From assembly GCF_016432865.1 (NCBI RefSeq), contig NC_067399.1, forward strand, positions 640,832,001 to 640,896,000: 64,000 nt of DNA. The letters are read 5' to 3'. Positions 43,501 through 55,910 of this stretch are shown one piece after another; the stretch's first letter is position 1, and each line of letters begins with the position of its first letter. Under the pieces are notes generated by a model. That model was not told the DNA's origin and searched no databases. It saw only the letters and a list, made by a program, of their open reading frames with translations. Source of the DNA: Antechinus flavipes (Eukaryota). Position numbers and translations under genes: made by a program.

Positions 43501-46500
43501 ACATCCCACCTCAGCTGGGATCTAAGCTTCTATGTGTGGCTACATCCACACATGGAGAGACTTGAGGATGACATGGGGACCCAGGATTTGACTCTCAGAG
43601 GATCTCCTGGCCTCATCAGGATACCCGAGTTCTGATTCTAGTCCCCCCACTAATCATGTCTTTCAACCCTAGCTGCATCTCTCCATAAAGGGTCCCTTCC
43701 ATTCTTTCAGGTCTTTTGGAACAGGTCTAGGCTATGTAAGGAGAACAGCAAGAGCAGGGCAGCTACATAGCCCTTGGTAGCCTACTAGCCAAAATCAAGC
43801 CCCAGAGAATTTGAACATGAGCTGTCATGTAACACTAGATTGAGTTTTGGGTTGAACTCGGAAAGTGAGGTCATTAGGGCCATAAGGCTGCTGTCGGGAC
43901 ATCCTGAAGAAAATCTTCCTCTTTTCCCCATTGTTGCTGGCCCTTGTGCTTATCTCCTACCTTATTGGGATGTGCCTGGATGGAAAGAGCCTTATTGACA
44001 GACAACACTTTGAAGAGGAAAGGCAGATCTTTGTAGCTTTCTTTGACGGTGTCCCCCAAACAAAACAAATGGTTGTTGATCCACTCCCCCAAATCTTTCT
44101 CCAAGATATGAATATCAGGAATCTTAGCGTTCCCACGGGGGTGGGTTCCCATCCATAGCTAAACAGAAGATAATCATTAATACAACAAGGAAAGTGATGA
44201 TGATTTACTGTGGAGAGGATCAAGTCAATAACACAACCCCTTTTAATTCATTTTTTTTTTAATACTGCTTGAGCCATGTTTCTTTGTCCCCGAATTAAAT
44301 TTGCAAGTTCATGTGTCCAGATGTTCACTTTTCCTTCTCTGAGTTAGTTTAAAATTCAGTGGTCCCATAAATCATAATTCAAAGACTTATTATGTCCACA
44401 CATTTTACTGCCCATGTACAATTAAGGGAGATCTATGATCTTGCTAACATGCATTGCAAAAAGCAGGTGGGTGCCAGAATATTCATTCTCTCTGCAATAA
44501 AACTGGCTATCCTTCAAGCAAGCCTGGATTGATACCTCAGTGACTAGCCATGCAGGTGGACAATACAGCAGTGAGCTTTTCCTAGCAAAAAGATGGAAGG
44601 ACTGGTTGTTGCTAGCCCTGTATTCCATCATTTATGATACTAAGTAGCCCTCCTGTTCTTCGCAAAACTATATGAAAGCATATGAAGCCCTAATTCATGG
44701 TCTTTAGATTGCTTGAGGCATTGAGTGCCCTTTTATGGGTAATTGCTAGCCTTACCAATAAACAGAATGTTGTACTTTAGTTTATCTTAATTGCAATCAC
44801 AAACCATGACTATGCCCATCCCAAACCAAGCTCATCAACTCCCAAATGTCTGTAGATTGGAGTCGTCCTGGACTGTATCAGGAGAATAGAGTTTGATCTA
44901 TCAGGCAGGCAACCACAGCATGGGGTTAAAAGGTCTGGGGACCTTGGTGCTCCCTCCTGGAGGCATCACCCTGAGCATATCATTTAACTTCTCTGGAACC
45001 CACTTTTGACTATTTCTGCTGACTATACAGGTGCCTAGATTGATGTCAAATGTTAGACATGACAAAGATATGATGGATTTTTATTAAGAGATGGGTCTTT
45101 TTTGACTGTTCTGTCCACTCTCCTTTTCCCTCCTGTGCAATTTTCCCTGTCCAAGTTAAGCCTCGAAATAGAGGGAATCAATAACTAGTATGAGAGTTTG
45201 TTTTACTGAGGCAATTTGGGGTTCAGTGACTTGCCCAGGGTCACACAGCTGGGAAGTGTTAAGTGTCTGAGACCAGATTTGAACTCAGCTCTTCCTGACT
45301 TTAGGGCTGCACCACCTAGCTGCCCCAACTATGAGTTTTAAGAGAAAAAAGAATGATTATCCTCTGTGTTTCATTTCCTTTCTGCTGGCAGAAAAAAAAA
45401 CCACATATATTTCTGTCAATCTGTAAGCCCTGGGTGGGCTGGACTTCTTTCTATCACCTGCCAAAGAGGAGTGGGTAACCAAGAGGGGCTAATGGATACA
45501 GGGCTTCTCATACTCCTGGGCATAGCTTATATATCAGATAGGGCCTTCCTCACCTCTGCATATGGCTTGTCCTCTTGAATTTGGACCAGCGGGTCACTGC
45601 TTGCCAACAATTGGGCCACTTCGCTGGAAAAGCCCAACTTCCCCCAAGCATAATGCTGAACAGGGCAGGACAGCAGGAACACTGCAGGAAGGAGCAGAGG
45701 GTCAGCCCAGCCTTTGGAGCTTCATGGAAAGAAGTCAGGTTAGGAAGGACCTGGCCTTTCACGGGTCAGGCCCAGCACAACGTGCAGCTGCTTTCACTGG
45801 CTCTCAGCAGAGGGAGGAGAAGGCACTCGAATTGTTTAAAACATATTTTTATCCTTTGGGGGGCTTGGATCTCTTTGGCAATCTGCAGAAGCCCAAGGAC
45901 CCTTCCTCAGAATGTTTTTAATGGCATGAAACACACAGGATTACAGAGGAAACAAATTATGTTGAAACAGTTATCAAAGGATCTTTTTCCAAAAAGTTCA
46001 CAGAGCTCAGGTGAAGGAGCCTTGATTTATTTCCATGCCCTGTGGTTGAAGCCATATGGGCAGTGAACCAGTGATGCGCTTTGGAGCATAAGGTCTCCTC
46101 AGAGAAGGAGATTGTTCCCGTCTTCCTCAGCAGTCTCCCCAGTGTCCCATGGATGGGACAGGTGTGCAGCTGTCCAATCAATAACAGCAGAAGGGGTCAC
46201 AAAACTGTGCTTGCTGACAACTCCTCCCTCAGCCCTCATTGTCCTCTCTGTCATTTCAGCCATACCACACAGTGGAAGGAGTCCAGATTTGAATACAGCT
46301 CTGGCAAAAATTCTTCCCAGCCCCTCAAGCAAAGCACGTTGATCCCTTAGATTCTAAATCATGAGACCTTAGGCTTCAGATTCCTTCTCTTAAAAAAAGG
46401 TAGTTGGACTGCACAGTCTGAAAGGCCCCCTCACTCTAATATATTCCATGATGATCATAACCTGGTTGTTCCCAAGATCATGTATGTTGTTGTCCCACCA

Positions 46501-49500
46501 ATTCCAAAAGGCAGACCCTGCCCACCCACAGAAGGCAGAGAATGGAGAAGACCCTTGATTCTGGAATCATATATGAAGAATTCATGACTCTGGTATTGAG
46601 CATGATGGGGTGTGTGTGTGTGTGCCCCAGGATTTTTTTTTTTTTTACACATTATCTTTTTCTTTGTGAGAGTCAAGTCAGGAAGCTCTGGACTCGAGTT
46701 CTGCCTCTGGCAACAACTCCTGACTTCGGGCTCCTGGGGCAACTGCACAGACTCTTTAAGGTTGAAGAGAAGCTGCCTCCTGCATTGGTAGAGGAGTTTC
46801 CTCATTCTAGAGTGCCCTTACCCATTGGATATCACAGGTCCAGCCTCCCAATCTTTGGTTAGTATGTCACTTTTTCTAATCTCTCTTACTGTGGTTTAGT
46901 TGTTTATGACTCTTCATGACCCTATTTTGGGGCTTTTTTGGAAAAGATAGTGGAGTGGTCTGCCATTTCCTAATCCAGCTCATTTTACAGATGAGGCAAC
47001 TGAGGCAAAGAGGGATTAGATGACTTGCCCAGAGTCTAGTAAGTGTCCAAGGAAGATTTGAACTCAGGCCTCCCTGACTGCAGGCCTACTTCCTGTACCA
47101 CGGAGCTGTCCCCTCGTCGTCCTAATGATACTTTAAAAGATCTCATCACAAAGAACTCTGTCTTTTCAAATGACTTGTCTCCATTAACAGACACTCTCAT
47201 GAGGTAGGGAGCTCCTTGTTTCCTGATGTAATTAAGTAGAGGCTGGCTAATTGCCTTTGAGGGGCACTATGGATATCCCATATTTTTAGGGCTGAAAAAA
47301 ATCTTCCTTGTAGACTGCTCTCACCACCTGACTTTGTCCCACAGCTCACCTAGTCTGTTCAATTCAGCCTAGAAGTTGAGGCTCCAGACACCCAAGCCTT
47401 AGTTTATCCTTATGATCTTATCTCCCACTCCTCCCCTTTACAGACTTGGTGCTTGGGCCAAAGGCTTTGTTCATTCGGTTCTCACGCATGGGCTGTTGCT
47501 CAGACTTTATCTGCCATTATGGAGCTTTTAAGACCAAGAATGACCCCTGCATATCAGGATGGGATCTCTTCCTCTTAAAGTTTCCCTCACTGTGTACCCC
47601 TCCCCCATCTTAAATTCCAATCTGACTTTTTAATCCCAATTCAATGGGTTTCTTCCAAGAAGTCAACCTTGATTTCTTCCAGTATATAAATCACATTTCC
47701 CCCAGAATCTCACACTTACTGTGTATTAAGAGTTACAAGTGTCATCTTGCCCCTACTAGACTATAATTTCTTTGTTTGTAGGGACCATATGCTAGCAGAA
47801 CCCGATTTTAAACAGATGATCCTTAAAAGGCCTTTCCAGTTTTTGAGAGCTTATGGTTTTATCTCTTCCCTCAGTGCAGGATCCTTCCCATTAATAACTA
47901 CTTTAACAAATAGTTTCTGAAGATACTATTGAATATTTGAGACTGTACTGTCAATAGGAAAAAGGGCAGGAGTACTTGAGTTCAAGTCCCACCTTTAAGG
48001 CATACTGTTAGAACTTGAGGAATTCACTGAACATTTCAGCTCTAAGATTACAAATTATAAATTTGTAATATAAATTGCCCTGGTGGAAGGCATTTCTTCC
48101 AATTCAACATCCCCCTCAGAGACCCAGATGCTTCTGGGATCCCATCCCCTTGGTGAAGAAGCCTGATGAAGCCCCTTCAGCATGGCTCTTATCTGTATTC
48201 TCTTTTGAGTTCAAGTTGGCCCACAGGGGCTTCACCCCTGTAGATGCGGAGCCAGCATCCTGGCTAAGGCCTCTCTCTACAGATCCACATGAAGCCTCAG
48301 GAAGCAGAGTGGACACCACCTGCAGGAGGCTGGCGGGGCTCCAGTATCTGAGTCACCTTCACATCATAATGTGGCACCGAGGGCCGATTTCCTCCTCAGG
48401 ATTCAAACATTTCAGGGTTTACTGAAGGAGGCAGGCTCTGGAGTGGAGTAGGGGAGGCCCAGCTTCAGTCCATTTAGAGGAAGGAGCTGCAGCTTCCTCC
48501 TTTGAAAATAGTCAGTGTGCTCTTGCTAAGGAGCAAGCCCCAGGACTGACCAGAGAATCAAACAAAAGTCATAGGACTGATTGTAACACACTGGCTTAGT
48601 GAGCTCCTGGAGGACACTGCCTTTGCCTCCTTTTGTATCTCAGCATCTGACACATAGTAGGCACTTAAGAAATGTTTACTGTATTAATATCTATATTAAT
48701 GAAAAGCTTCCCAGTGCTGGGTTTCAACTCCACAAAACAAGTTCTCTCCTCTTCCCCCAACACAATCTTTCCCTCCTCCTTGTATGTGTGCTTTCCTTCC
48801 CGTAGGTTGTAAGCTCCTTGAGGGCAGGGGCTGGCTTTTTATTAATTGTATCTCCAGCACTTGGACCATTGAGTGGTGCAGCAGATATAGAGTGCCAGTG
48901 CTGGAATCAGGAAGATTCATCTGGTATAATGTCCAGACTATTCTCTGGAGGATCTCGGGGCCAGTCTTGGTCTTAGTGCAGGAGTGAAGGAGGCAGGAGA
49001 GCCACCAGGAAGATGGTCAAAGATGGAGTGTGTCTATTTCCAGTCCTCTCAGTCCTTAAATACCTCAGTATGATTACATCATTACAGCACACTGTGTGTG
49101 GACTAGAGAACCACCATCTCATTAATCACACTGTTAGCTCAGTGTGTAAATATCTTTGCATCAAGTATACTTTTCTCAGAGTTCCCCAATATCTGTGGTC
49201 CTCTACAATCTGGCTTCAAATTTTGGCTTCATTGTGTGACTCTGAAGCACTTAATCTGATTTGCATCACATTAATCAGATTAATCTCTAGAGGACCACAC
49301 CTTAAATCAAAACTGGATTCTCAGGAATTAGCCACCCATACATAGTTCCCAGGCCAAATCCCATAGAGTCATTGTTTGGGTCCTGATTGTCTCAGATTAA
49401 ACATACCCTGAGGATCTTCCCCCGCCAGATTCATCCATTTATTTAGGTTTTTTTGGACTAGGTGAAAGAGAAGATTCTTTGTCTCAATTGCTACTTGGCT

Positions 49501-51270
49501 GTAAGCACAGAATGGGTGACATTGCAGTCAAACTGAGCCCTGTAGAAGACTTTTAAAAAGGCCAGGCCTCCCACTGAATCCAGGGCCATCTCCAGTCCTG
49601 ATCTCTATCTGCTCACTGACCCCAGATGACTTTGGAGGGGACAGTGAGGCTGGTGACCTTGCCCAGCCCCCCTCAGTTGAATCTACTTCACTTGCACATC
49701 ATGGCATCAGTTCCCTTTTCAAAAAGGAAAAGCAAACAAGAAGTTATAAAATGAGCTTAAGAAGGGAATAGTCAACTGCTTCGGTATCCTTGCTTATGAG
49801 AACCTCAAATGGAATCGAGGGGGAAACTGGACAGCAGTGACCATGCCCAGCTCCTAGCATATAGCTGGGATGAGCTCTTGGAAGTTGGGTGTTGGTTAGT
49901 AGAGAAATTGATAAAAACTGATCCCTGAGGCAGACAAAGGCACTGATGGAGATCTGTTTAGTTTCATGTTCCCATCATCTAGGGAGGTGGTCCAGTCAGA
50001 AATCCAAGTTATGTTAGACCTCTGATACCCCCCTCCGTAGGGACCTCCAGCAGTCTCACCTTGCCATATCCTGTCCGAAATCCCAGTTGCATCCCTGAGA
50101 TTAAAATTTTCCCTCTCAAATCTACTTATGGGCCATCCCATGGCTGCTGCTCTCAGTTGGGTCAGTCTATCCTGGCCCTCCGCCTCCGGGTATCTTTCTC
50201 CTTTCCCCCATGCCATCCAGTAGCCCTCCCCCCCCACTTCTACCCCATTTCTCCTTACAGCTAGCTAATCTTTAAGGGGCCAAGTCCCTTTCAGGATTTA
50301 GCCTGCCAGCTAAGGACATGTCCCATGTCTCATGGGGTGCTCCCTGTCCACTGGGTAATTGTGAGTTCCATGAGGAACTTGTCTTTCATATGCTTTCCCA
50401 ATTCAATTTCATATATACCATTCCCTGTGACTATTGTATTCCATCATTTTGTAACTCCTCCCCCTAAATCTACCTTTTGCCAGAGAGAATGGCCATTATG
50501 AATTCTTCACATGACTTGAACCCCACTTTTGGTGCTGGTCATCAACTGGTGTCTCTAGCACATCAGTCAGCGCTTAATAACAGTGATTTAAGGTTGCAAC
50601 GTGTTTTACAGCCTTGGGAGCTTGCCAGGTATGATCCCCATTTTACAGAGGGACACTGAGGCAGGGAGAGGGGAAGTGCATTGGCAGAGCTTTAGATCTT
50701 GCTCACTCCCCAAACTTTAGCTTAGCGGGTGATCGCGCTCCAACACAGACCCAGATCCTACCCAGGCAGTGACAGCTTCCCAGCTGCCCAGCTCAGTTTC
50801 CTTCTCTGTAAATGGGAAATGAAGATGGCCCCTGCTTCCCAAGGCCGCTGGGAGGTCAGAACGACCGAATATTGCTAACGCTCTTCGCAAACCTTATTAA
50901 ATGCTATCCAGTGCTGCTTTCACCCTTGCGGAGTGGGACCGAGAGAGACGCCCCGCCTCCCTGCGCCTCAGTTTCCTCACGTGTGCTATGAGGCGGCCGG
51001 ATTCTCTATAAGGTCCATCCAGCTCTAAACCCCAAACACCCCCGGAGCCCGGGACCGGGACGCCAGTCTTGCACCTCCTTCCCCGGAGATCGGCTCCAGC
51101 CCTTCCCCGCGCCCGGCCCTACCTTCCCCAATCCCTAGCCCCACCCCCCACCCCGAGGACTCTCAAGCCGAGCGAGAGGCTTTCCCCACCGAGTGCCCAC
51201 TCCCTCCCTCCCTCCCTTTCTCTCCACCCCCGCCTCTCCGAGCCTTTAGGTCACCTCGCGGGTCGGCCAT
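40362..51270 (-). CDS. MPI: Mannose-6-phosphate isomerase (type I PMI), complement join(51255-51270,45554-45681,43961-44158,43067-43208,42495-42677,41531-41704,40744-40952,40362-40577), 421 aa
   Basis: Eight exons (16,128,198,142,183,174,209,216 = 1266 nt) join in frame, all introns GT-AG. Zn-ligand and catalytic motifs [21 protein letters not shown] and [17 protein letters not shown] are intact; the protein ends FRACCVL*. Confidence 0.98.
40744..40952 (-). CDS. MPI: MPI exon 7
   Basis: Encodes [27 protein letters not shown]...FLVLHIK; donor |GTAAGC. Confidence 0.97.
41281..41415. mobile_element. Non-autonomous hAT-like MITE remnant in MPI intron 6
   Basis: Imperfect terminal inverted repeats (tatcaaact ... 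agtttgaca); related copy at 17100-17290. Confidence 0.5.
41531..41704 (-). CDS. MPI: MPI exon 6
   Basis: Encodes [47 protein letters not shown]; donor |GTGAGT. Confidence 0.97.
42495..42677 (-). CDS. MPI: MPI exon 5
   Basis: Encodes VPEFRSLID...[11 protein letters not shown]; flanked by cctgtag| and |GTAGCA. Confidence 0.95.
43067..43208 (-). CDS. MPI: MPI exon 4
   Basis: Encodes [47 protein letters not shown]; donor |GTAAGG. Confidence 0.97.
43961..44158 (-). CDS. MPI: MPI exon 3
   Basis: Encodes LWMGTHPRG...[22 protein letters not shown]; flanked by tgtttag| and |GTAGGA. Confidence 0.97.
45201..45326 (-). mobile_element. Short tRNA-derived CORE-SINE (WSINE1/SINE1-type)
   Basis: Minus strand reads ggggcagctaggtgg...gagttcaaatctggtctcagacacttaacact...gggcaagtcactgaacccc. 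Confidence 0.85.
45554..45681 (-). CDS. MPI: MPI exon 2
   Basis: Encodes [42 protein letters not shown]; flanked by ttcctgcag| and |GTGAGG. Confidence 0.97.
46885..47110 (-). mobile_element. MAR1-type CORE-SINE
   Basis: ggagtggtctgccatttcc...cagctcattttacagatgaggcaactgaggc on the + strand. Confidence 0.75.
49868..50565 (+). mobile_element. Solo LTR (family B, copy 2) in MPI intron 1
   Basis: Colinear with 1390-2692 and 52287-52913; ends in CATCA. TSD not resolved. Confidence 0.75.
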
Positions 51271-51335
51271 CGTCGCCCGGCTTCCAACACGTCTGGATTT
51301 CCCTAGAGCCGAGTGTTACGTCACCAGTCTGGTCG
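50940..51335 (-). promoter_or_regulatory. MPI: MPI CpG-island promoter with CRE-like TGACGTAA
   Basis: Local CpG cluster around exon 1; TTACGTCA at 51316-51323, 46 nt upstream of the ATG. Confidence 0.7.
51255..51270 (-). CDS. MPI: MPI coding exon 1 (MADPR)
   Basis: Minus strand reads gacgATGGCCGACCCGCGAG|GTGACC inside a CpG island; 16 nt gives the phase exon 2 needs. Confidence 0.9.
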
Positions 51336-52286
51336 CAGGGCACTATGGGAAATATATTTTGTACTTAACCAGCCCAGGAGACTTTTTAAGAGGCGACAGG
51401 TAGGAGGAGGAGAGAAAGTAAGGAAGACGAGGAAGAATAAGAAGGAGGAAGGAGGAGGGAAGAAATAAAGACGGAAGAGGAGGGAGAGAGGAGGAGATGG
51501 GACTGTTCCAGTGGAGGCGTAGCTTTGGGGACCCTATGCCCTGACCTTGGGATTTCTGTTTGCTGAATGAACATATATTGTTCATCCCCTGTAAATGAAA
51601 AATGAAGAATCCTAGCTAGCATTTATAGCGTGCAAATAGTGTTTCATTTGCTTCTCATCACAACCGGGGGAGGTAGGTAGTATCATGTTATTACTGTATC
51701 ATCCCTATTTTACAGATGGGGAAACTGAGGCAGTCAGCTGAAATGCATTGCCCGGGATCATGCATCTAGTAAGTGTCTGAAGCTGAATTTGATTTCTGCT
51801 CTTTCTGCCAAGATCAGAGGCTCTTTCCACTTTGCACTTAGTTGAAGGGGGAAAAAAGCATTTAGGAAATGTTGATTATGTTCAAAGCCCTGCGCTTTGG
51901 GGGTGTAAATTGAAAAAATATATATTGTTTGCCTTCTCAAGGGTGGTGGAGGGAAGGGAGGTAGAAAATTTCGACCTCACAATTTTAAAAATGAATGTTA
52001 AAAACTTTTAAATGTAATTTGAGAATATTTAATGAAATATTTTTTTAAAAAAATTAAAGTAATAGAATCCCTTTTCTTAGGAAACTTGATGGACCTGGAA
52101 TCGGAAAGACCTAGATTCAAAACCCATCCAAATAACGATCAGCTTTGTAAACGTGGACAAGTCCACGTGGACGACTATTTTAAGTCATCTGTAATATGGG
52201 GCCAATATGTCCCAGAGTTTTTGTGAGGACCAAATGAAAGCATAATTGTAAAGCATTTTGCACATTTTAAATTGCTATGTAAATAC

Positions 52287-52913
52287 TGATGAGATCCTGA
52301 ACAGGTGTGGTAGGCAGAGAGAAACTAAAACATTGATATACAAATTAGTCCCTGTGACAGGCAGGAAGAAGATTCTGATAATCAAGATCAGTTTAGTTCT
52401 GTGATCCCATCCTCAGAAGGTAATCCAATCAGAAATCCAAGTTATGGCTAATCCCTGAGACTTAATTTTCCTTTTAAAACAGTTTATGGGCCATGGTTTT
52501 GCTAGTGCCCTCTGGGTCAGTCAGCCTGGACACTGTCCCTTCCCCATGCCATGTGGCATCCCTCCTATATATACTCTACTTCTGAAACCTACTTCTCTTT
52601 ATAGCTAACTCTTCTGGGGTGCTAAGTCCCTTTAAGGATTTAGCATGTAATTGCTACAAGATATGCCCCAACTTCACGGGGTATTCTTTTCTCCTGGATA
52701 ATTGTGAGTTCCACTAAAGAGCTTGTCTTTTATATGCTCTCCTACTCTTTCATATTTATTATTCCAGGTGTCTATTATATCCCATCCCGTCTGTCCCAAC
52801 CTCTTCCCTTAAACCTACCTTTTGCCAAAGAGAAAGGCCTTGTGAATTCTTCACATGACCAAACCCTAACATTTGGGGCTTACCTTTATCTAGTGTCTAC
52901 CTCAGCTACATCA
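52287..52913 (+). mobile_element. Complete solo LTR (family B, copy 3), 627 bp, 5-bp TSD AATAC
   Basis: TGATG...CATCA termini; AATAC at 52282-52286 and 52914-52918; inserted into the tail of a MIR-like SINE. Confidence 0.85.
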
Positions 52914-52954
52914 AATACTGACTATTGATATTATTTTAATGGGAAAACCCGCAT

Positions 52955-53130
52955 CTAGCAGGATGGAAAGGCCTGAGGGCCTTGAGCATGCAGCAGTATA
53001 GCAGATGGCATTGCCTCATCTTCTATGTCATTTGCACAGATCCAGTCATCCATTTCTAATGTGGACTTGAAGATGCTAATGTCTCTGAAGGCCAGAACTT
53101 TTTTAACGGGTCTTCAGGAGCTGTGGCCAT
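52955..53130 (-). mobile_element. Probable fossil of the N-terminus of a Ty3/Gypsy gag gene
   Basis: Hand translation with one frameshift gives MATAPEDPLKK/VLAFRDISIFKSTLEMDDWICANDIEDEAMPSAILLHAQGPQAF, matching my recalled Gypsy gag pattern (YF.ANDI.D..K..AILL...GP). No database search was run. Confidence 0.45.
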
Positions 53131-54555
53131 GGCTGGAAGAGAAGCCGGGACGCATCCCCGTTGGGCTTATTCCCCAAGCTGAAGGTTGAAGCAGAGCTGC
53201 TGGTTTAGGTGGTGCTGCCTCTGCCAGGGCTCTGAGGCTCACCTGTCCTGGTCAACATCTGGTGGTTGGTCAGTAATTGGTGGGAGTGGTGGAAGAAGTG
53301 GGGCCCTTCTCTCCTTAATGATGAATGGGAGCCCAGCTGTCTGGAAGCAGTGCTGTTCTCAAGGTTCTTGGGTTCTGCCTGGAGTTCTCTCCCCGAGAAG
53401 AGATGGTGATCCATATGATGGCATTGCTTCGATGTCCTCAGTAGGGTACTGCTGCTTCAGCTAGGCCTGTTTGCCAACCCTCTGGTGTTTCCCAACTCCT
53501 CTTAATTCTAGTACCTTCCATTGATAATCTCCAATTTACCGGATCTTTATCTTTTTCCTACATAGTTATTTGCAAGTTGTTATTGTCCCCCCAGCCCTAA
53601 TCCTCAGAATGTGAAGTCCTGGGAACTTCTTTTTCTTTTACCTTTCTTTGTATCCCCAGTTCTTAGCACAGATCTGGGCACATGGCAAGCACTACATAAG
53701 TTATTATATGCTTATTGACTTACTTGATTGTAGATAGCAGCAAATGGAGTTAGCTGTCTCCTCAACTACCAGTTAACTTCCCCAGGTGGAAGCAAACTGC
53801 CAGGTTGTTTTGGCAACTGGAAGCAAGACTGATGATCCGGAAGTAATGCTATTTCCATAGCTCTTGAGTCCAAGGAGTTGGTCTGTCTTTATCAAAGTCC
53901 CAAGGGAGGTGGTCCTTGAGGTGGGGGTACCTTGTGCAGCCCAAGCTGCCTCCTGCTTCTTTCTGGGGTTGTCTTGCTATTGTGAAAAGGGACTGAACCA
54001 TCTCAACCAATAATATACTCAGCACATGCGATGTGCCCAGCCCTGTGTTAAGAATTTAAAAAAAATCAATCAATTAAACAAGAATTTATTAAGTGCTTAT
54101 TATGAGCTAGGGATTGTGTTAGGTACCGGGGATACTTAGATTTTAAAAAGCTTTATACCTGCTCTCAAGGAGGTTATGGTTTATCTGGGGGTCTCCCACT
54201 GTTCCCTTAGACCAACCTTCCATTTTAAGACAAGCTAGTCTACCTCATCCCCCTTTCACTCTTTCCTACTTTGCAATTTTATGAAATGGCCTCACAAGCC
54301 ATTCTCTCTGCCTTCTCCATGGAACCGACCCCTCTTGTAAGGATCAATTTCAAGCCCATTTCTCCCAGAAGCCGCCTTTCCTTGTCATGGGCAGAACCCC
54401 TGTCCATCTCTAGATCAAGTTAGATGTGGGAGGTTGGTTGGTTCTCTCCATATTCCCTCTCTGACCACTAGATGGCGGAGTGGACAAAGCCCTTGATTTG
54501 CCTGGGGAAGCCTCCTCTTCCAGAGTTCAAATTCAACCACAGAAAATGACTAGCT

Positions 54556-54687
54556 CCTGCAGCTGGACTTGAGTTCAAATCCAGCCTCAGATAGTTAACA
54601 CTTCCCAGCTATGTGACCCTGGGCAAGTCACTTAAACCCAGTTGCCCTTCCTCCCCCCCCCCCCCAAAAAAAAAAAAAAAAAAAAAA
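54556..54687 (+). mobile_element. 5'-truncated short CORE-SINE with Cn-An tail and 15-bp TSD
   Basis: AGAAAATGACTAGCT at 54541-54555 versus AGAAAATTACTAGCT at 54688-54702. Confidence 0.8.
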
Positions 54688-55470
54688 AGAAAATTACTAG
54701 CTGTGTAATCCTGGGTAATTACTTTACCTTGTTGACCTCACTCCTCAGGGAAGAAAATGGCAAATCACACAGTGTTTCTGCCACAAAAGCCCCAAAGGAG
54801 TGCAAGAAGAGTTGGACATGAACATACATCTCCTCTCAGCTGCCAGTCCATCCTAGGATATACAGTCAATTCTCACTTATCTTTAGCATGGTATAGAGAA
54901 AACCTGCTCCTTATCTGGAGTTAAAAGGCTTGAATCCCGGCTGTTACTCATCATCCCGTGACCATCCCCAGAGCTATGGAGCTCGGTGACATCATTTACA
55001 AAAGTGCTGTGTGGTAGTGGGGGAGGGAATGTTGGGAAATCAGTCATCTGATAGTCTCTCTCTCCTTGTAATTCCTCCGGCACTTACTGACCCTGCCCAG
55101 TATTGCTGAGTGATCTTTTCTCGTCCCTGTACTGCTTTTTTTCGTTTCACAGGGAAAGCATCACAACTCGGAGGTGGTGAGTGGCAGCTAATAAATGGTA
55201 GAGCAGAGATTGAAGTCAGAAAGGTTGGAGGGACTGCTGAGATCAACCTGGGAATGGGCATCTCCCCTGTAGTATAGACAAGCAACAAGTACTCCAGTAT
55301 TCTCCCAGGAGAGAATCCCTGCCGAGTGCTTGTGCAGTGCCTGATACATTGTAGCCATGAGAGATACTTTGTTTCTTTGTGATTTCACTTCAGCTTTTTA
55401 GTGTGTGTGTGGCTTTGGACAGCTAGAACAGTTGGGTGGGCACCAGGGGATGCTGGGACGCTAAAGTGCA

Positions 55471-55651
55471 TAGAGCATTGGGTCTGGAATCAGGAAGATC
55501 TGGGTTCCAATCCAAGCTGTGTGACGCTGGGCAATTCCTGTTTGCCTCAGTTTCCTCATCTGTAAAATGAGCCGGAGAAGGAAATGGCAGATCACTCCAG
55601 TATCACTGCCAAGAAAACTCCAAATGGGATCACAGAGGGCCTGAAACAACA
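55471..55651 (+). mobile_element. MAR1-type CORE-SINE
   Basis: B-box, CORE cctcagtttcctcatctgtaaaatg, and tail gagaaggaaatggcagatcactccagtatc. Confidence 0.85.
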
Positions 55652-55702
55652 AGACTTTAGATCTCAGTTTCCCCAAGATTTTCCTGTAAAATGGCAGGGT
55701 TT

Positions 55703-55910
55703 GGGGCAGCTAGATGGTATAGTAGATAGAGCACCAGCTTGAAGTCAAGAGGACCGAAGTTCAAATCTGGCCTCAGACACTTAACACTCCCAAGCTATGT
55801 GACCCTGGGCAAGTCACTTAACCCCAATTGCCTCAGTAGAAAGAAAGAAAGAAAGGGAGAGAGAAAGAAAAGAAAAAAGAGAGAGAAAGAAAAAGAAAAG
55901 AGAAAGAGAT
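55703..55910 (+). mobile_element. Short CORE-SINE with a GA-rich microsatellite tail
   Basis: ggggcagctagatgg...gagttcaaatctggcctcagacacttaacact...ccccaattgcctc followed by a (GAAA)-like tail. Confidence 0.85.

Noticed and set aside
48075-48425. GC-richer segment in MPI intron 1 with ORFs on both strands and a cctgcag acceptor
   Set aside because: No recognisable protein similarity and no convincing donor.
49868-52913. Two LTRs as the ends of one provirus that captured MPI exon 1
   Set aside because: B3 has its own 5-bp TSD (AATAC), the copies are clearly diverged, and the enclosed DNA is the native promoter; these are independent solo LTRs.
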